In this document: positions 23,702 to 32,000 of the stretch, one piece after another
How positions within the stretch are numbered: position 1 is the first letter of the stretch
How the letters are laid out: every line of letters begins with the position of its first letter
From: Geotalea uraniireducens Rf4
Lineage (GTDB): Bacteria > Desulfobacterota > Desulfuromonadia > Geobacterales > Geobacteraceae
Assembly: GCF_000016745.1 (NCBI RefSeq)
Contig: NC_009483.1
Span: 2,910,001-2,942,000 of the forward strand
Reading direction: 5' to 3'
Length of the DNA stretch: 32,000 nucleotides
The notes under the pieces: generated by a model
What the model was told of the DNA's origin: nothing
The model's input: the letters and a program-made list of their open reading frames with translations, nothing else
Database searches by the model: none
Made by a program: the position numbers and the translations under genes

Positions 23702-26344
23702 CTAGAAAACCCGGCTGTTTCTCCTGCGGCTCAATATCAGTTTCTCCGCCTCCGTGACCAACAAGACCACCGATGACAACACCAGAATGATAGAGAACTC
23801 AGTGAAGGAGAGTGGAGATGTGGAGAACAGGGAATTCAGGGCTGGAATCCATACCACGCAGGATTGCAGGGCGCACGTTATGATAATCGCGCCGACAAGG
23901 GGAATGTTGCCGAAAAGTCCCAGTTGAAACAGTGACAGCCGGTCTGAGCGAACAGAAACGGCCATGGCCATTCTGCTGATGACCAGGAAGCTGAAAACCA
24001 TTGTCTGCCATGGAAGGCCGCGTCCTGATGCATAGGCCTGAAGCGAAAGAGCCAACGCGCCGATCATAAGACCGTAACGCGCCATAAACCACCACCTTCC
24101 CTCGGCAAAGATCCCTGCCGCAGGGTTGACCGGCGGCCGGCACATGGTGTCCCGCTCCGCAGGCTCAACGGCCAGAGCCAGACCTGGAAGGCTGTCGCAC
24201 AGAAGGTTCAGCCAGAGGATCTGAACCGGAAGAAGCGGCAGAGGCATGCCGAAAAAAGGGGCGAGGACAACGAGCACGAGGGTTCCCATGTTGGACGTTA
24301 TCGAATAGGTTATGAACTTGAGGATGTTGGCGTAGATACGCCTCCCCTCCCTCACCGCATTGACTATGGTGGCGAAGTTGTCATCGAGGAGGATCATCGC
24401 CGCAGCCTCCTTCGCCACATCGGTGCCGGTCATTCCCATGGCAATGCCGATATCGGCCCGCTTCAATGCAGGAGCGTCGTTTACCCCGTCGCCGGTCATG
24501 GCAACGAAGTGCCCCTTGTCCTTCAGGGCCTGGACGATTTTCAGTTTCTGCTCCGGCGCCACCCTGGCATAGACCCGAATATGCTCGACCCGTCGTTCGA
24601 ACTCCTCCAGTGACAGATCATCCAACTCCCGACCAGTGAGCATCCTTTCGCCGTCTTCTTCCAGCATTTCCAGCTTTCGCGCTATGGCCAGCGCCGTAAC
24701 CGGATGGTCGCCGGTAATCATGACCGGGACTATGCCCGCAGACCTGCATAGCGACACGGCCGGCAAAGCCTCTTCCCGGGGAGGGTCCGTCATGCCTGCC
24801 AGCCCGAGCATCGTTAAATCCCTTTCCACCACGTCGCTGGATATGCTGCCCGGCATCTTGTCCCACTTTCTCATGGCAACGGCAAGTACGCGCATCCCTG
24901 AGGCAGCCATGAGCTCGTTCTGACGGATAAATACCCCCCTGTCCAGATGCTCGACACCGGCGGCGGACATGATGCCGCCAGCCCTGTCTACAAGCGCCTC
25001 TACAGCTCCTTTGGTAAAGGATACGATGCCGTCTGGCCCATGGTGAAAACTGGTCATGCATTTCCGGTCCGAATCGAAGGGAAGTTCAGCAATGCGTGGG
25101 AACTGAGCCGCCAACCTCAAAGGGTCAAGTCCATAACCGAGGGCCAGGACGTAGAGGGCAACATCCGTCGGATCGCCGGTCATGTTGTCTCCGTTGTCCT
25201 TCCGGGCATCGTTGCAAAGGGCAGCGGCTATCAAAAGGTGTGAAAGCGTTGATTCTGCGTCGACAGCGCCCCCTCCCGCCCCGTTGGCGGCAAAACCGGG
25301 CGAGATGGCAGCACCGTCAAGAAAGAGCTCTGTCACCGTCATCCTGTTCTGGGTCAAGGTGCCGGTTTTATCCGTGCAGATGTAGGTTATTGCGCCGAGG
25401 GTCTCTACGGCCGGAAGCCTGCGAATCAGGGCGTTCTGCTTCACCATCTTCCCCGCCCCGAGTGCCAGTGAAATGGTGACCACGGCCGGGAGGGCCTCAG
25501 GTATGACAGCCACGGCAAGGGAGATGGCGGTCATGAACATCAGGAGTGGAGATTCTCCGCGCAAATAACCGATAATGAAGACCATGGCGCAGACGAAAAG
25601 TACGACAACGGCAAGTCGTCGGCCAAAAGCAGCCAGTCTCCGCTGTAATGGGGTCTTCGCTTCACCTTCCGCCTGGATCATGGCGGCAATTTTACCAAGC
25701 TCGGTAGCCATGCCGGTTGCGACTACTATCCCCATACCCCGACCGGCAGACACAATGGTCCCCTTGTATGCCATGTTTTTTCGCTCACCCAAGGGAAGAC
25801 GGGGATCGCTGAGGCGCCTGCCATCCTTTTCCACGGGAAACGACTCTCCGGTCAGGGACGATTCCACCAGCTTCAGCTGCACCCCATCCACCAGCCGGAG
25901 GTCTGCCGGCACCACATCGCCCGTCTTAAGCAGCACCAGATCACCCGGAACGATTTCCCGGGCATCAATCGACTTCAGCTGACCAGCCCTCAGGACATCG
26001 GCCACTTGGCCGGCCATACGCTTGAGCGCGATGATTGCCCGTTCTGCCCGAAACTCCTGAATAAAACCAATGATCGCGTTGAGGATGACAATGGCAATGA
26101 TCAGCAGCATATCGCCCGGATTACCGGTACTTCCGGCCAGAAAAGCAGCTCCCAGGAGAACGAGGATCATGAAGTCGCCAAACTGGGAAAGAAACATAAC
26201 AAGTGGCATTCTTGCCCGTTTTTCCAGCAGTTCGTTAGGCCCGTTAACCGTCAGCCGCTGCTCCGCCTCGCCGTCACTGAGGCCCTGACGGGATGAACGG
26301 AATTCTGCGAACACATCCTCTATGGAAAGCTGATGCCACTCCAT
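23702..26344 (-). CDS. Cation-transporting P-type ATPase (type II, Ca2+/Mg2+-ATPase-like)
   Basis: It has a Cation_ATPase_N-like start (MEWHQLSIEDVFAEFRSSRQGLS), TGES, the phosphorylation site ICTDKTGTLTQN, PEALP in TM4 and MTGDGVNDAPALKRADIGIAMG. The start is set at ATG 26344 (SD AAGGGG). The ORF-track start at 26485 overlaps the divergent gene. Confidence 0.9.
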   Translation of the reverse strand: MEWHQLSIEDVFAEFRSSRQGLSDGEAEQRLTVNGPNELLEKRARMPLVMFLSQFGDFMILVLLGAAFLAGSTGNPGDMLLIIAIVILNAIIGFIQEFRAERAIIALKRMAGQVADVLRAGQLKSIDAREIVPGDLVLLKTGDVVPADLRLVDGVQLKLVESSLTGESFPVEKDGRRLSDPRLPLGERKNMAYKGTIVSAGRGMGIVVATGMATELGKIAAMIQAEGEAKTPLQRRLAAFGRRLAVVVLFVCAMVFIIGYLRGESPLLMFMTAISLAVAVIPEALPAVVTISLALGAGKMVKQNALIRRLPAVETLGAITYICTDKTGTLTQNRMTVTELFLDGAAISPGFAANGAGGGAVDAESTLSHLLIAAALCNDARKDNGDNMTGDPTDVALYVLALGYGLDPLRLAAQFPRIAELPFDSDRKCMTSFHHGPDGIVSFTKGAVEALVDRAGGIMSAAGVEHLDRGVFIRQNELMAASGMRVLAVAMRKWDKMPGSISSDVVERDLTMLGLAGMTDPPREEALPAVSLCRSAGIVPVMITGDHPVTALAIARKLEMLEEDGERMLTGRELDDLSLEEFERRVEHIRVYARVAPEQKLKIVQALKDKGHFVAMTGDGVNDAPALKRADIGIAMGMTGTDVAKEAAAMILLDDNFATIVNAVREGRRIYANILKFITYSITSNMGTLVLVVLAPFFGMPLPLLPVQILWLNLLCDSLPGLALAVEPAERDTMCRPPVNPAAGIFAEGRWWFMARYGLMIGALALSLQAYASGRGLPWQTMVFSFLVISRMAMAVSVRSDRLSLFQLGLFGNIPLVGAIIITCALQSCVVWIPALNSLFSTSPLSFTEFSIILVLSSVVLLVTEAEKLILSRRRNSRVF

Positions 26345-26459
26345 GACGCCCCTTTTTATAACTGCTGAGCGATAAAGAAAACATTGATAAGGTGCACGGT
26401 ATAAAGTATAAAGTCCTGAGCCATAACCGCAACTTTCACCGACATAAAGGGGCAAACCC

Positions 26460-27686
26460 ATGCAGTTTATTGCCGATCTCCACATCCATTCACGCTATTC
26501 AAGGGCGTGCAGCCGCGACCTCACCCCGGAAAACCTTTGCAGATGGGGACAATTGAAAGGGATCAACGTTATCGGTACTGGTGACTTTACCCATCCCCTC
26601 TGGATGGAAGAACTTCAAGAAAAACTCGAACCAGCCGATAACAACCTGTTGATTTTAAAGAAAAGTCTCCGGCCGAACAACGTGCCGCAATCCTGCCGCG
26701 GTGAGGTCAACTTTCTTCTCTCCACGGAAATCAGCTGTATCTACAAAAAAGATGGCAAAACACGCAAAGTCCACGCCCTCGTCTTTGTCCCCGATTTTGC
26801 CTCAGCATTGCGTCTCAACTCGGCTCTGGCTAAAATCGGCAATATCAAATCCGATGGCAGGCCGATCCTCGGACTGGATGCCAGGAAACTCCTGGAAATG
26901 GTCCTAGATATCTCCCCGACGGCAATGCTGGTGCCGGCCCACGCCTGGACACCACACTTTTCAGTCTTTGGCGCCGTATCAGGATTCGATTCACTGGAAG
27001 AATGCTTCGGCGATCTGACCCCTCACATTTACGCCATCGAGACCGGCCTCTCTTCCGACCCTGCCATGAACTGGCGGCTTTCGGCATTGGATCGGATAAC
27101 CCTCATTTCCAATTCCGACGCCCATTCGCCCGCCAAGCTGGGGCGGGAGGCGACGATCTTCGATACGGAAATGTCGTACAACGGCATCATGGAGGCGATA
27201 AAGAGCGGAAAAGGATTGAGCGGCACAATAGAATTCTTCCCGGAAGAGGGGAAATATCATAGTGACGGTCATCGGGAATGCGGCATGCGATTGACACCGC
27301 AGGAAACCGTGCAGTATGACTACCGCTGTCCGTCCTGCGGCAAGAAAGTCACTGTCGGAGTGTTGCACAGGGTCGGAAAACTGGCAGACCGACCGGAAGG
27401 ATTCAAACCGCCCGGTTCACCGTCATATTACTCCATCATACCGCTCCAGGAGGTGATTGCGGAGACATTAAAGGTGGGTCCTGCCAGCAAAAGGGTGCAG
27501 CAGATGTATTTCGGCATGCTGGAAAAGCTGGGGAATGAGTTCTCTATTCTCTTGAAAATACCGCCGGCAGAGATAGCTGCTGCCGCATCGCCGCAAATCG
27601 CCGACGCAATCGGCAGGATGCGCACTGGAAATATCCGTATCGAGCCGGGATATGACGGTGAGTTCGGCACGATACGGATATTCTGA
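26460..27686 (+). CDS. PHP-domain endonuclease Q (EndoQ)-like protein
   Basis: DLHIHSRYSRACS, GTGDFTHPLW, VHALVFVP, DGRPILG, PAHAWTP, ETGLSSD, SNSDAHSPAKLGRE, GKYHSDGH and the zinc ribbon CPSCGKKVTVGVLHRVGKLADR are all present, with a C-terminal PGYDGEFG. These are collinear with the remembered Pyrococcus EndoQ sequence. Confidence 0.8.
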   Translation: MQFIADLHIHSRYSRACSRDLTPENLCRWGQLKGINVIGTGDFTHPLWMEELQEKLEPADNNLLILKKSLRPNNVPQSCRGEVNFLLSTEISCIYKKDGKTRKVHALVFVPDFASALRLNSALAKIGNIKSDGRPILGLDARKLLEMVLDISPTAMLVPAHAWTPHFSVFGAVSGFDSLEECFGDLTPHIYAIETGLSSDPAMNWRLSALDRITLISNSDAHSPAKLGREATIFDTEMSYNGIMEAIKSGKGLSGTIEFFPEEGKYHSDGHRECGMRLTPQETVQYDYRCPSCGKKVTVGVLHRVGKLADRPEGFKPPGSPSYYSIIPLQEVIAETLKVGPASKRVQQMYFGMLEKLGNEFSILLKIPPAEIAAAASPQIADAIGRMRTGNIRIEPGYDGEFGTIRIF

Positions 27687-27709
27687 GCCGGGGATTTCCG
27701 CCCCCTTCA

Positions 27710-28417
27710 CTATTTGAGCAGTTGGTCGATCTTTGCCAGGTCGGCTCCGACCACTTGCTGTCCGCTGATGAAGAACGTAGGCGTTCCCTGGACACCCATT
27801 TTTTTCGCCAGTTCCATATGCTCCTGGGCCAGCGACTTCACCTCATTACTGACGGCAGGGGCAGCCTTTGGAATCTCCATGCCGAGCATCATCTCTCCAT
27901 AGGCCTTTGCCTTGTTCTCTGAACTGAGGATGTATTGGATCTTGCTGATCGCGGCGGGATGGGCCATGGGAGCAAAATAAACATAGCGGGTCACGTCGGT
28001 TTTCTTGGCTAAGAACTCAGAGGCTTTTCTGCAGTAAGGACAGTCGGGATCGGTAAATTCAATGACGACCTTCTTTCCGTCACCGATCTTCACTGCCTTC
28101 TCCAGAGGGAGGCTCTCCACGAGCTTCGCTGCCAGTCGCCCTTTTCTCTCCGCAGTGATGCTCTTACCATCCTTGGTGAAAATCTCTCCCAAAATCACGT
28201 AATCCTTCTCAGGCACGTAATAGAGGACATTCTGACCCGTGACCACCTGGTAAATGCCATTGATGTCTGCAGGTTCGAAACTGTCCACCTTTACCTGGGG
28301 GTAGGCCTGCTTGAAGGCCTCTTCGGGCTTCAAGGCTGCGGATGCGGCAAAAGCGGCCGAGGTGCAAGCCAAGGCCAGTAGCAATCCTGCGCAAAACTTT
28401 CTGCTGATGATCGTCAT
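27710..28417 (-). CDS. Periplasmic thiol:disulfide interchange protein, DsbC/DsbG family
   Basis: It has a signal peptide (LLLALACTSAAFAASA), an N-terminal dimerisation-like region and a thioredoxin fold with FTDPDCPYCRK (CxxC). Confidence 0.85.
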   Translation of the reverse strand: MTIISRKFCAGLLLALACTSAAFAASAALKPEEAFKQAYPQVKVDSFEPADINGIYQVVTGQNVLYYVPEKDYVILGEIFTKDGKSITAERKGRLAAKLVESLPLEKAVKIGDGKKVVIEFTDPDCPYCRKASEFLAKKTDVTRYVYFAPMAHPAAISKIQYILSSENKAKAYGEMMLGMEIPKAAPAVSNEVKSLAQEHMELAKKMGVQGTPTFFISGQQVVGADLAKIDQLLK

Positions 28418-28654
28418 TACTCTTCTCCCTTGTAATTATTATACAAATCTAGCTCTCATAATGCTGTTGAACTTACCTTAGCCCAACAAGGTTGTCAATA
28501 GACTGGGGCTTCGATACTGTTGTGTTTTTGCGACCGTAGCTTTTATTCCCGAAATGCAGAGTAAAAAGGCACAAATAATTGCTAACAAATTATTTTTTAA
28601 TAATAATTCAAAATTTTGACTGGGTTCATTTTTGCTAACTATTAGATTTTATTG

Positions 28655-28706
28655 TGTGACTGTAAATTTTTTTTACACTGTAAAAAATTTTTACACTTTT
28701 TTACAC
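28655..28706. promoter_or_regulatory. Repeat/palindrome block in the AT-rich region upstream of the ABC exporter
   Basis: A perfect 19-bp palindrome TTTTTTACA-C-TGTAAAAAA lies at 28669-28687. TTTTTACAC occurs three times (28670, 28688, 28698). TGTAAA also occurs at 28661. A separate dyad AATAATT-gctaaca-AATTATT lies near 28575-28600. Confidence 0.45.
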
Positions 28707-28874
28707 AAACTTAATATTGATTTTTTTAAGATATTTCGATAAGTGCTTTGAATCTATATATTTTACAAAAGAAGGACTAGGTGGTCTGGTAGCATCTGCT
28801 TCCATTCTCTTTGATCATGTGTTTTTTAAGTATAAGAATAATCACAAGCGTTAATACAGACGAGCCAAAACAGC

Positions 28875-31097
28875 ATGAGAGTTGCCCAATCCAGAAAAAT
28901 GCGACACAGGCACACCCCACCTGGCAACCTGGCCGGGCCGGACCTGTTGTGGCTGCTTGGCAGTCTCTGCCAACTGCACCGAGTGCCCTTCGATCCCCTG
29001 CTGGTTGAACGCCAGTTTCCTCCCCCCTGTTCATTTACCTCTATTCACAACGCCCTCCATGCCTTTGGTTTTAAAACCGGTGAACATTCCGTCCCCGCAA
29101 CCGGATTTGAACTGAACAAACTGCCGCTGCCGGTGGCCGGTTTTCTACCACTGCCGGTTACGGACGTCGGACCTCAGGAAACAAGCGCCAGCGAACCAAA
29201 TCTCACCCCGATCCTGATCGTTAAGGTGGATCAAGACAACATACTGTTCTTCCGTCCAGGCGCCCAGACACCGGAGACTCTTTCCCTGGCAGAGGCCCAG
29301 GGACAGTTATACCCTCAGCTGCTGCTTGTCTCCCGTAGCGAACAGGCAACAGGCAAAGTGGATGCGGACGGTCCGGACGGCCAGCCGGTTGCCAGCCGGT
29401 TCGGTTTTCGCTGGTTCATACCCGAGCTGCTCAAGCACAAGCTGATCTGGCGCGATGTCCTGATCGCCTCCCTGATCATTCAGCTGATCGGTCTGGCCAC
29501 GCCGCTCTTTACCCAGGTGGTAATTGACAAGGTAGTAGTGCACCAGACACAGAGCACTCTGATCGTAATCGGAGTGGGGATGCTGATGTTCATGGTCTTC
29601 AGCTCCGTCATGACATGGCTGCGCCAGTACCTGGTGCTGCACACGGGCAATCGAATCGATGCCGTGCTGGGTACTCAGGTCTTCAGCCACCTGCTGCGCT
29701 TGCCGCTTCCCTACTTCGAGCACCGGCCAACCGGCGTAATGGTAGCCCGAATGCAAGGGGTTGAGAACATCCGCCAGTTCGTCAGCGGAGCAGCCGCTTC
29801 GCTGGTACTTGATTTCCCTTTTTTGCTGATCTTCCTGGGGGTAATGTTCTGGTACAGCTGGCAGCTCTCCCTGATCGCCCTCGGGATGCTTACCCTAATC
29901 GCCTTTATCAGCTTCCTGGTCACCCCGGTTTTTCGTGAAAAGCTCAACAGGCAGTTCATGCTGGGGGCCCGCAACCAGGCCTTTGTCACTGAATACGTCG
30001 CCGGCATGTCCACCGTCAAATCATTGCAGATGGAACCGGTGCTGGAGAAGCGCTACGGCGACTACATGGCCTCTTATCTGGCAGCAGGGTTCTCCACCCG
30101 CCAGCTCTCCAACACCTACAATGTAATAGCCAATGCCCTCGAACAATTGATGACCTTCTCCATCCTGATCGTTGGGGCCTTGCTGGTCATGAAAAACGAC
30201 GGCTTCACCATCGGTCGACTGGTCGCCTTCCAGATGTTTGCCGGCCGGATGAGTCAGCCGATGCTGCGGCTGGTGGGGTTATGGCAGGAGTTCCAGCAGG
30301 CTAATATTGCGGTCAAGCGCCTGGGTGACATCATGGATATGCCGATGGAACCCTATGCCCTGGTTCCAACAAGGAGCTCCTCCAGCCAGGGCGGCGTGGT
30401 TGAACTGGCGGACTTAAGCTTTCGCTATTCGGAACAGCATCCCTTTCTCTACCGCAACCTCAACCTCACCTTCAAGGCAGGCCACCTGAGCCTGCTGATG
30501 GGGCCATCCGGCTGCGGCAAGAGCACCCTGGCCAAACTGCTGCAAGGCTTTTACCTCCCCACCGACGGCCAGATCAGGATCGACGGCCGGGATATCCGCC
30601 ACATGTCGGCCAATGAATTGCGCTCCATTTTTGGCGTCGTCCCCCAGGAAACGGTCCTCTTCTCCGGCACCATCTACGAAAACCTGAACCACGCCAACCC
30701 CCATGCCACCTTCCAGGACATCGTCACCGCCTGCCGCCAGGCCGAGATCCATAGCGTGATTGAAGGGCTCCCGCAAGGCTACCAAACGGAAATCGGCGAA
30801 CAGGGTGTAGGGCTCTCTGGCGGACAACGGCAGCGGGTTGCCATCGCCCGGGCACTGCTCAAGCGCCCCCGCATCCTCATCTTCGATGAAGCCACCTCCA
30901 ACCTGGATCAGCAGACCGCCGAGCACTTTGCCGCAACGGTCAACCAGCTGAAGGGAAAGGTATCGATGATTTTCATCACCCATCAACTGCCCAAGGGGCT
31001 GCAGGTGGATGATGTGTTCAGGTTTGGTCAGCAGCAGAGCCAGCCGCAGATGATGGAGGTGGTTGGGGAGGAGAAGCGGGATGGGGGAGATGAGTGA
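28875..31097 (+). CDS. Type I secretion system ABC transporter permease/ATPase (HlyB-type, with a degenerate N-terminal C39-like domain)
   Basis: 740 aa. The N-terminal segment of about 150 aa is C39-like but lacks the catalytic Cys-Gly (PDLLWLLGSLCQLHRVPFD). A six-TM ABC membrane domain follows. Walker A is GPSGCGKSTL, the signature is LSGGQRQRVAIARAL and Walker B is ILIFDEATSNLD. Confidence 0.88.
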   Translation: MRVAQSRKMRHRHTPPGNLAGPDLLWLLGSLCQLHRVPFDPLLVERQFPPPCSFTSIHNALHAFGFKTGEHSVPATGFELNKLPLPVAGFLPLPVTDVGPQETSASEPNLTPILIVKVDQDNILFFRPGAQTPETLSLAEAQGQLYPQLLLVSRSEQATGKVDADGPDGQPVASRFGFRWFIPELLKHKLIWRDVLIASLIIQLIGLATPLFTQVVIDKVVVHQTQSTLIVIGVGMLMFMVFSSVMTWLRQYLVLHTGNRIDAVLGTQVFSHLLRLPLPYFEHRPTGVMVARMQGVENIRQFVSGAAASLVLDFPFLLIFLGVMFWYSWQLSLIALGMLTLIAFISFLVTPVFREKLNRQFMLGARNQAFVTEYVAGMSTVKSLQMEPVLEKRYGDYMASYLAAGFSTRQLSNTYNVIANALEQLMTFSILIVGALLVMKNDGFTIGRLVAFQMFAGRMSQPMLRLVGLWQEFQQANIAVKRLGDIMDMPMEPYALVPTRSSSSQGGVVELADLSFRYSEQHPFLYRNLNLTFKAGHLSLLMGPSGCGKSTLAKLLQGFYLPTDGQIRIDGRDIRHMSANELRSIFGVVPQETVLFSGTIYENLNHANPHATFQDIVTACRQAEIHSVIEGLPQGYQTEIGEQGVGLSGGQRQRVAIARALLKRPRILIFDEATSNLDQQTAEHFAATVNQLKGKVSMIFITHQLPKGLQVDDVFRFGQQQSQPQMMEVVGEEKRDGGDE

Positions 31098-31134
31098 GGC
31101 AGTTTCTCTGCAATGATATGAAAAGGAGAAATGA

Positions 31135-31581
31135 ATGTACAAAAAGAAAATCATTTCAATCGCATTTTTTGTCTTGTTCCTTATGTCTTCATACTTCTGT
31201 TTTGCCACCGAAAATGAGTACGTGACTGAATGGATGCCGAGTCGCCAATTTCAGTCTACCTTCGACAGAATGGCAGATAATCGATTCTATACACATTTTG
31301 TGGAGGGAAGAACAATGAATGGAGCAATTCAATACCGTGCAGAGTTCCGGCCATTATTCAAGGAAATGAAAAGATGGTATTCGTTCCATGGGATGTCGGA
31401 TGAGTGGTATGCAAGGCGAAAGGCGGCTTTTGAAAAGGGAGGATTTAAGGAACTATATCACAACTTTTTCCTCGATTTTTCAGGGCAGCATGTTCATCAG
31501 GCATGCTGGGTCGAGCTTTTCGAATCTGCCGAGACACCTCCCCTGGAAAAGAAAGGCGTAAAGCCGTTGATATCATTCTAA
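31135..31581 (+). CDS. Small secreted hypothetical protein
   Basis: 148 aa with a signal peptide (MYKKKIISIAFFVLFLMSSYFCFA). AGGAG lies 6 nt upstream of the ATG. I recognise no family. The gene is AT-richer than the ABC gene. Confidence 0.55.
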   Translation: MYKKKIISIAFFVLFLMSSYFCFATENEYVTEWMPSRQFQSTFDRMADNRFYTHFVEGRTMNGAIQYRAEFRPLFKEMKRWYSFHGMSDEWYARRKAAFEKGGFKELYHNFFLDFSGQHVHQACWVELFESAETPPLEKKGVKPLISF

Positions 31582-31599
31582 ACGGAAAGGAACTCTATA

Positions 31600-32000
31600 A
31601 TGTACATTCAGGTAACCACAAAATGCAATATGCGCTGCGGTCATTGCTGTTATGCCTGTGAACCAGGCAAGGGCGAACATATGCCATTCGAGGTAATTGC
31701 GGAGGTTCTTGCACGATGGGGAAAGAAAATTCTTGATGACAATCAATGGATTGTTATCGGTGGAGGTGAACCAACCTTGCACCCTGATTTTTGGAAAATC
31801 ATAAGCCATGCGCTTTCCTATGGACCTGTTTGGGTTGCTACCAATGGTTCCAATACGGAAGACGCCCTTACGTTGTGCAGAATGGCGAAGCGGGGGGTCC
31901 TTCGGGGGGTATTGAGCCGCGACAAGTGGCATGAACCAATTGATCCCGTTGTTGTCGAAACATTCATGGCTGGTTTGGTTGAACAAGAGTTCGGTTACTG
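31600..32000 (+). CDS. Radical SAM enzyme (N-terminal part; continues beyond the window)
   Basis: Absent from the ORF track because it is open at the window edge. Hand translation gives MYIQVTTKCNMRCGHCCYACEPGKGEHMPFEV...WIVIGGGEPTLHPDFW...VATNGSN... This contains a CX3CX2C cluster motif and a GGGEP SAM-binding motif. GGAAAGGA lies upstream of ATG 31600. Confidence 0.8.
   Translation, partial: MYIQVTTKCNMRCGHCCYACEPGKGEHMPFEVIAEVLARWGKKILDDNQWIVIGGGEPTLHPDFWKIISHALSYGPVWVATNGSNTEDALTLCRMAKRGVLRGVLSRDKWHEPIDPVVVETFMAGLVEQEFGY

Noticed and set aside
28785-28805. Sigma54-type promoter (GG-N10-GC) in CTGGTAGCATCTGCTT upstream of the ABC gene
   Set aside because: The spacing between the GG and GC dinucleotides is 8 nt rather than 10, and the flanking bases do not fit TGGCAC-N5-TTGC.
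28875-29330. Active C39 peptidase domain implying a bacteriocin/RiPP-processing exporter linked to the radical SAM gene
   Set aside because: The position of the catalytic Cys-Gly is occupied by Leu-Leu (PDLLWLL). The region aligns better with the inactive C39-like domain of HlyB-type T1SS ATPases. No double-glycine precursor ORF was seen.
30414-31208. 264-aa minus-strand ORF inside the ABC gene
   Set aside because: It lies antisense to the nucleotide-binding domain, which has textbook Walker A, signature and Walker B motifs. The minus-strand product has no motifs of its own.
31573-31986. 137-aa minus-strand ORF at the right edge
   Set aside because: It lies antisense to an open plus-strand frame that has a CX3CX2C radical SAM motif, a GGGEP motif and an upstream SD.
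1-32000. CRISPR arrays, tRNA, rRNA or tmRNA genes
   Set aside because: No regularly spaced direct repeats and no cloverleaf-like or rRNA-like segments were seen in the intergenic regions. The only repeat clusters are the IS ends, the REP-like hairpins and the AT-rich iterons already listed.

Overview
Chromosomal window from a Gram-negative-type bacterium (Sec signal peptides, DsbC, T1SS ABC, LysR/MarR regulators); the taxon cannot be fixed from sequence alone. The main feature is nt 1-12686 on the minus strand. It holds 13 co-directional genes separated by 18-28 nt gaps or overlapping stop/start codons, and it runs off the left edge. In transcription order they are: MarR, a possible DUF169 protein, TrpB2-like PLP enzyme, Zn-dependent MDR dehydrogenase, myo-inositol-1-phosphate-synthase-family enzyme, a second TrpB2-like enzyme, a ProC-like NAD(P) oxidoreductase, a FabF-like ketosynthase, a catalytically dead KS partner, ACP, a xylose-isomerase-like TIM barrel, an adenylate-forming ligase and a second TIM barrel (found by hand translation, not in the ORF track). 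I know of no characterised pathway combining a cyclitol module, a KS/KS-beta/ACP/ligase module and two TrpB-like beta-replacement enzymes, so I flag it as a candidate undescribed lipid or natural-product pathway. A 1394-bp IS (rve-type DDE transposase split at an A8 run, 3+2 subterminal repeats, TTGACAA flanking repeat) sits between the MarR gene and a divergent MFS gene. The rest holds a transglutaminase-like/rhodanese pair with a LysR regulator, ArfB-like and HD proteins, a pseudo-receiver-PAS-PAS-PP2C phosphatase, a Pta-N-terminal-like protein, a P-type ATPase, an EndoQ-like PHP protein, DsbC, an HlyB-type ABC exporter, a small secreted protein and a partial radical SAM gene. No rRNA, tRNA or CRISPR array was seen.
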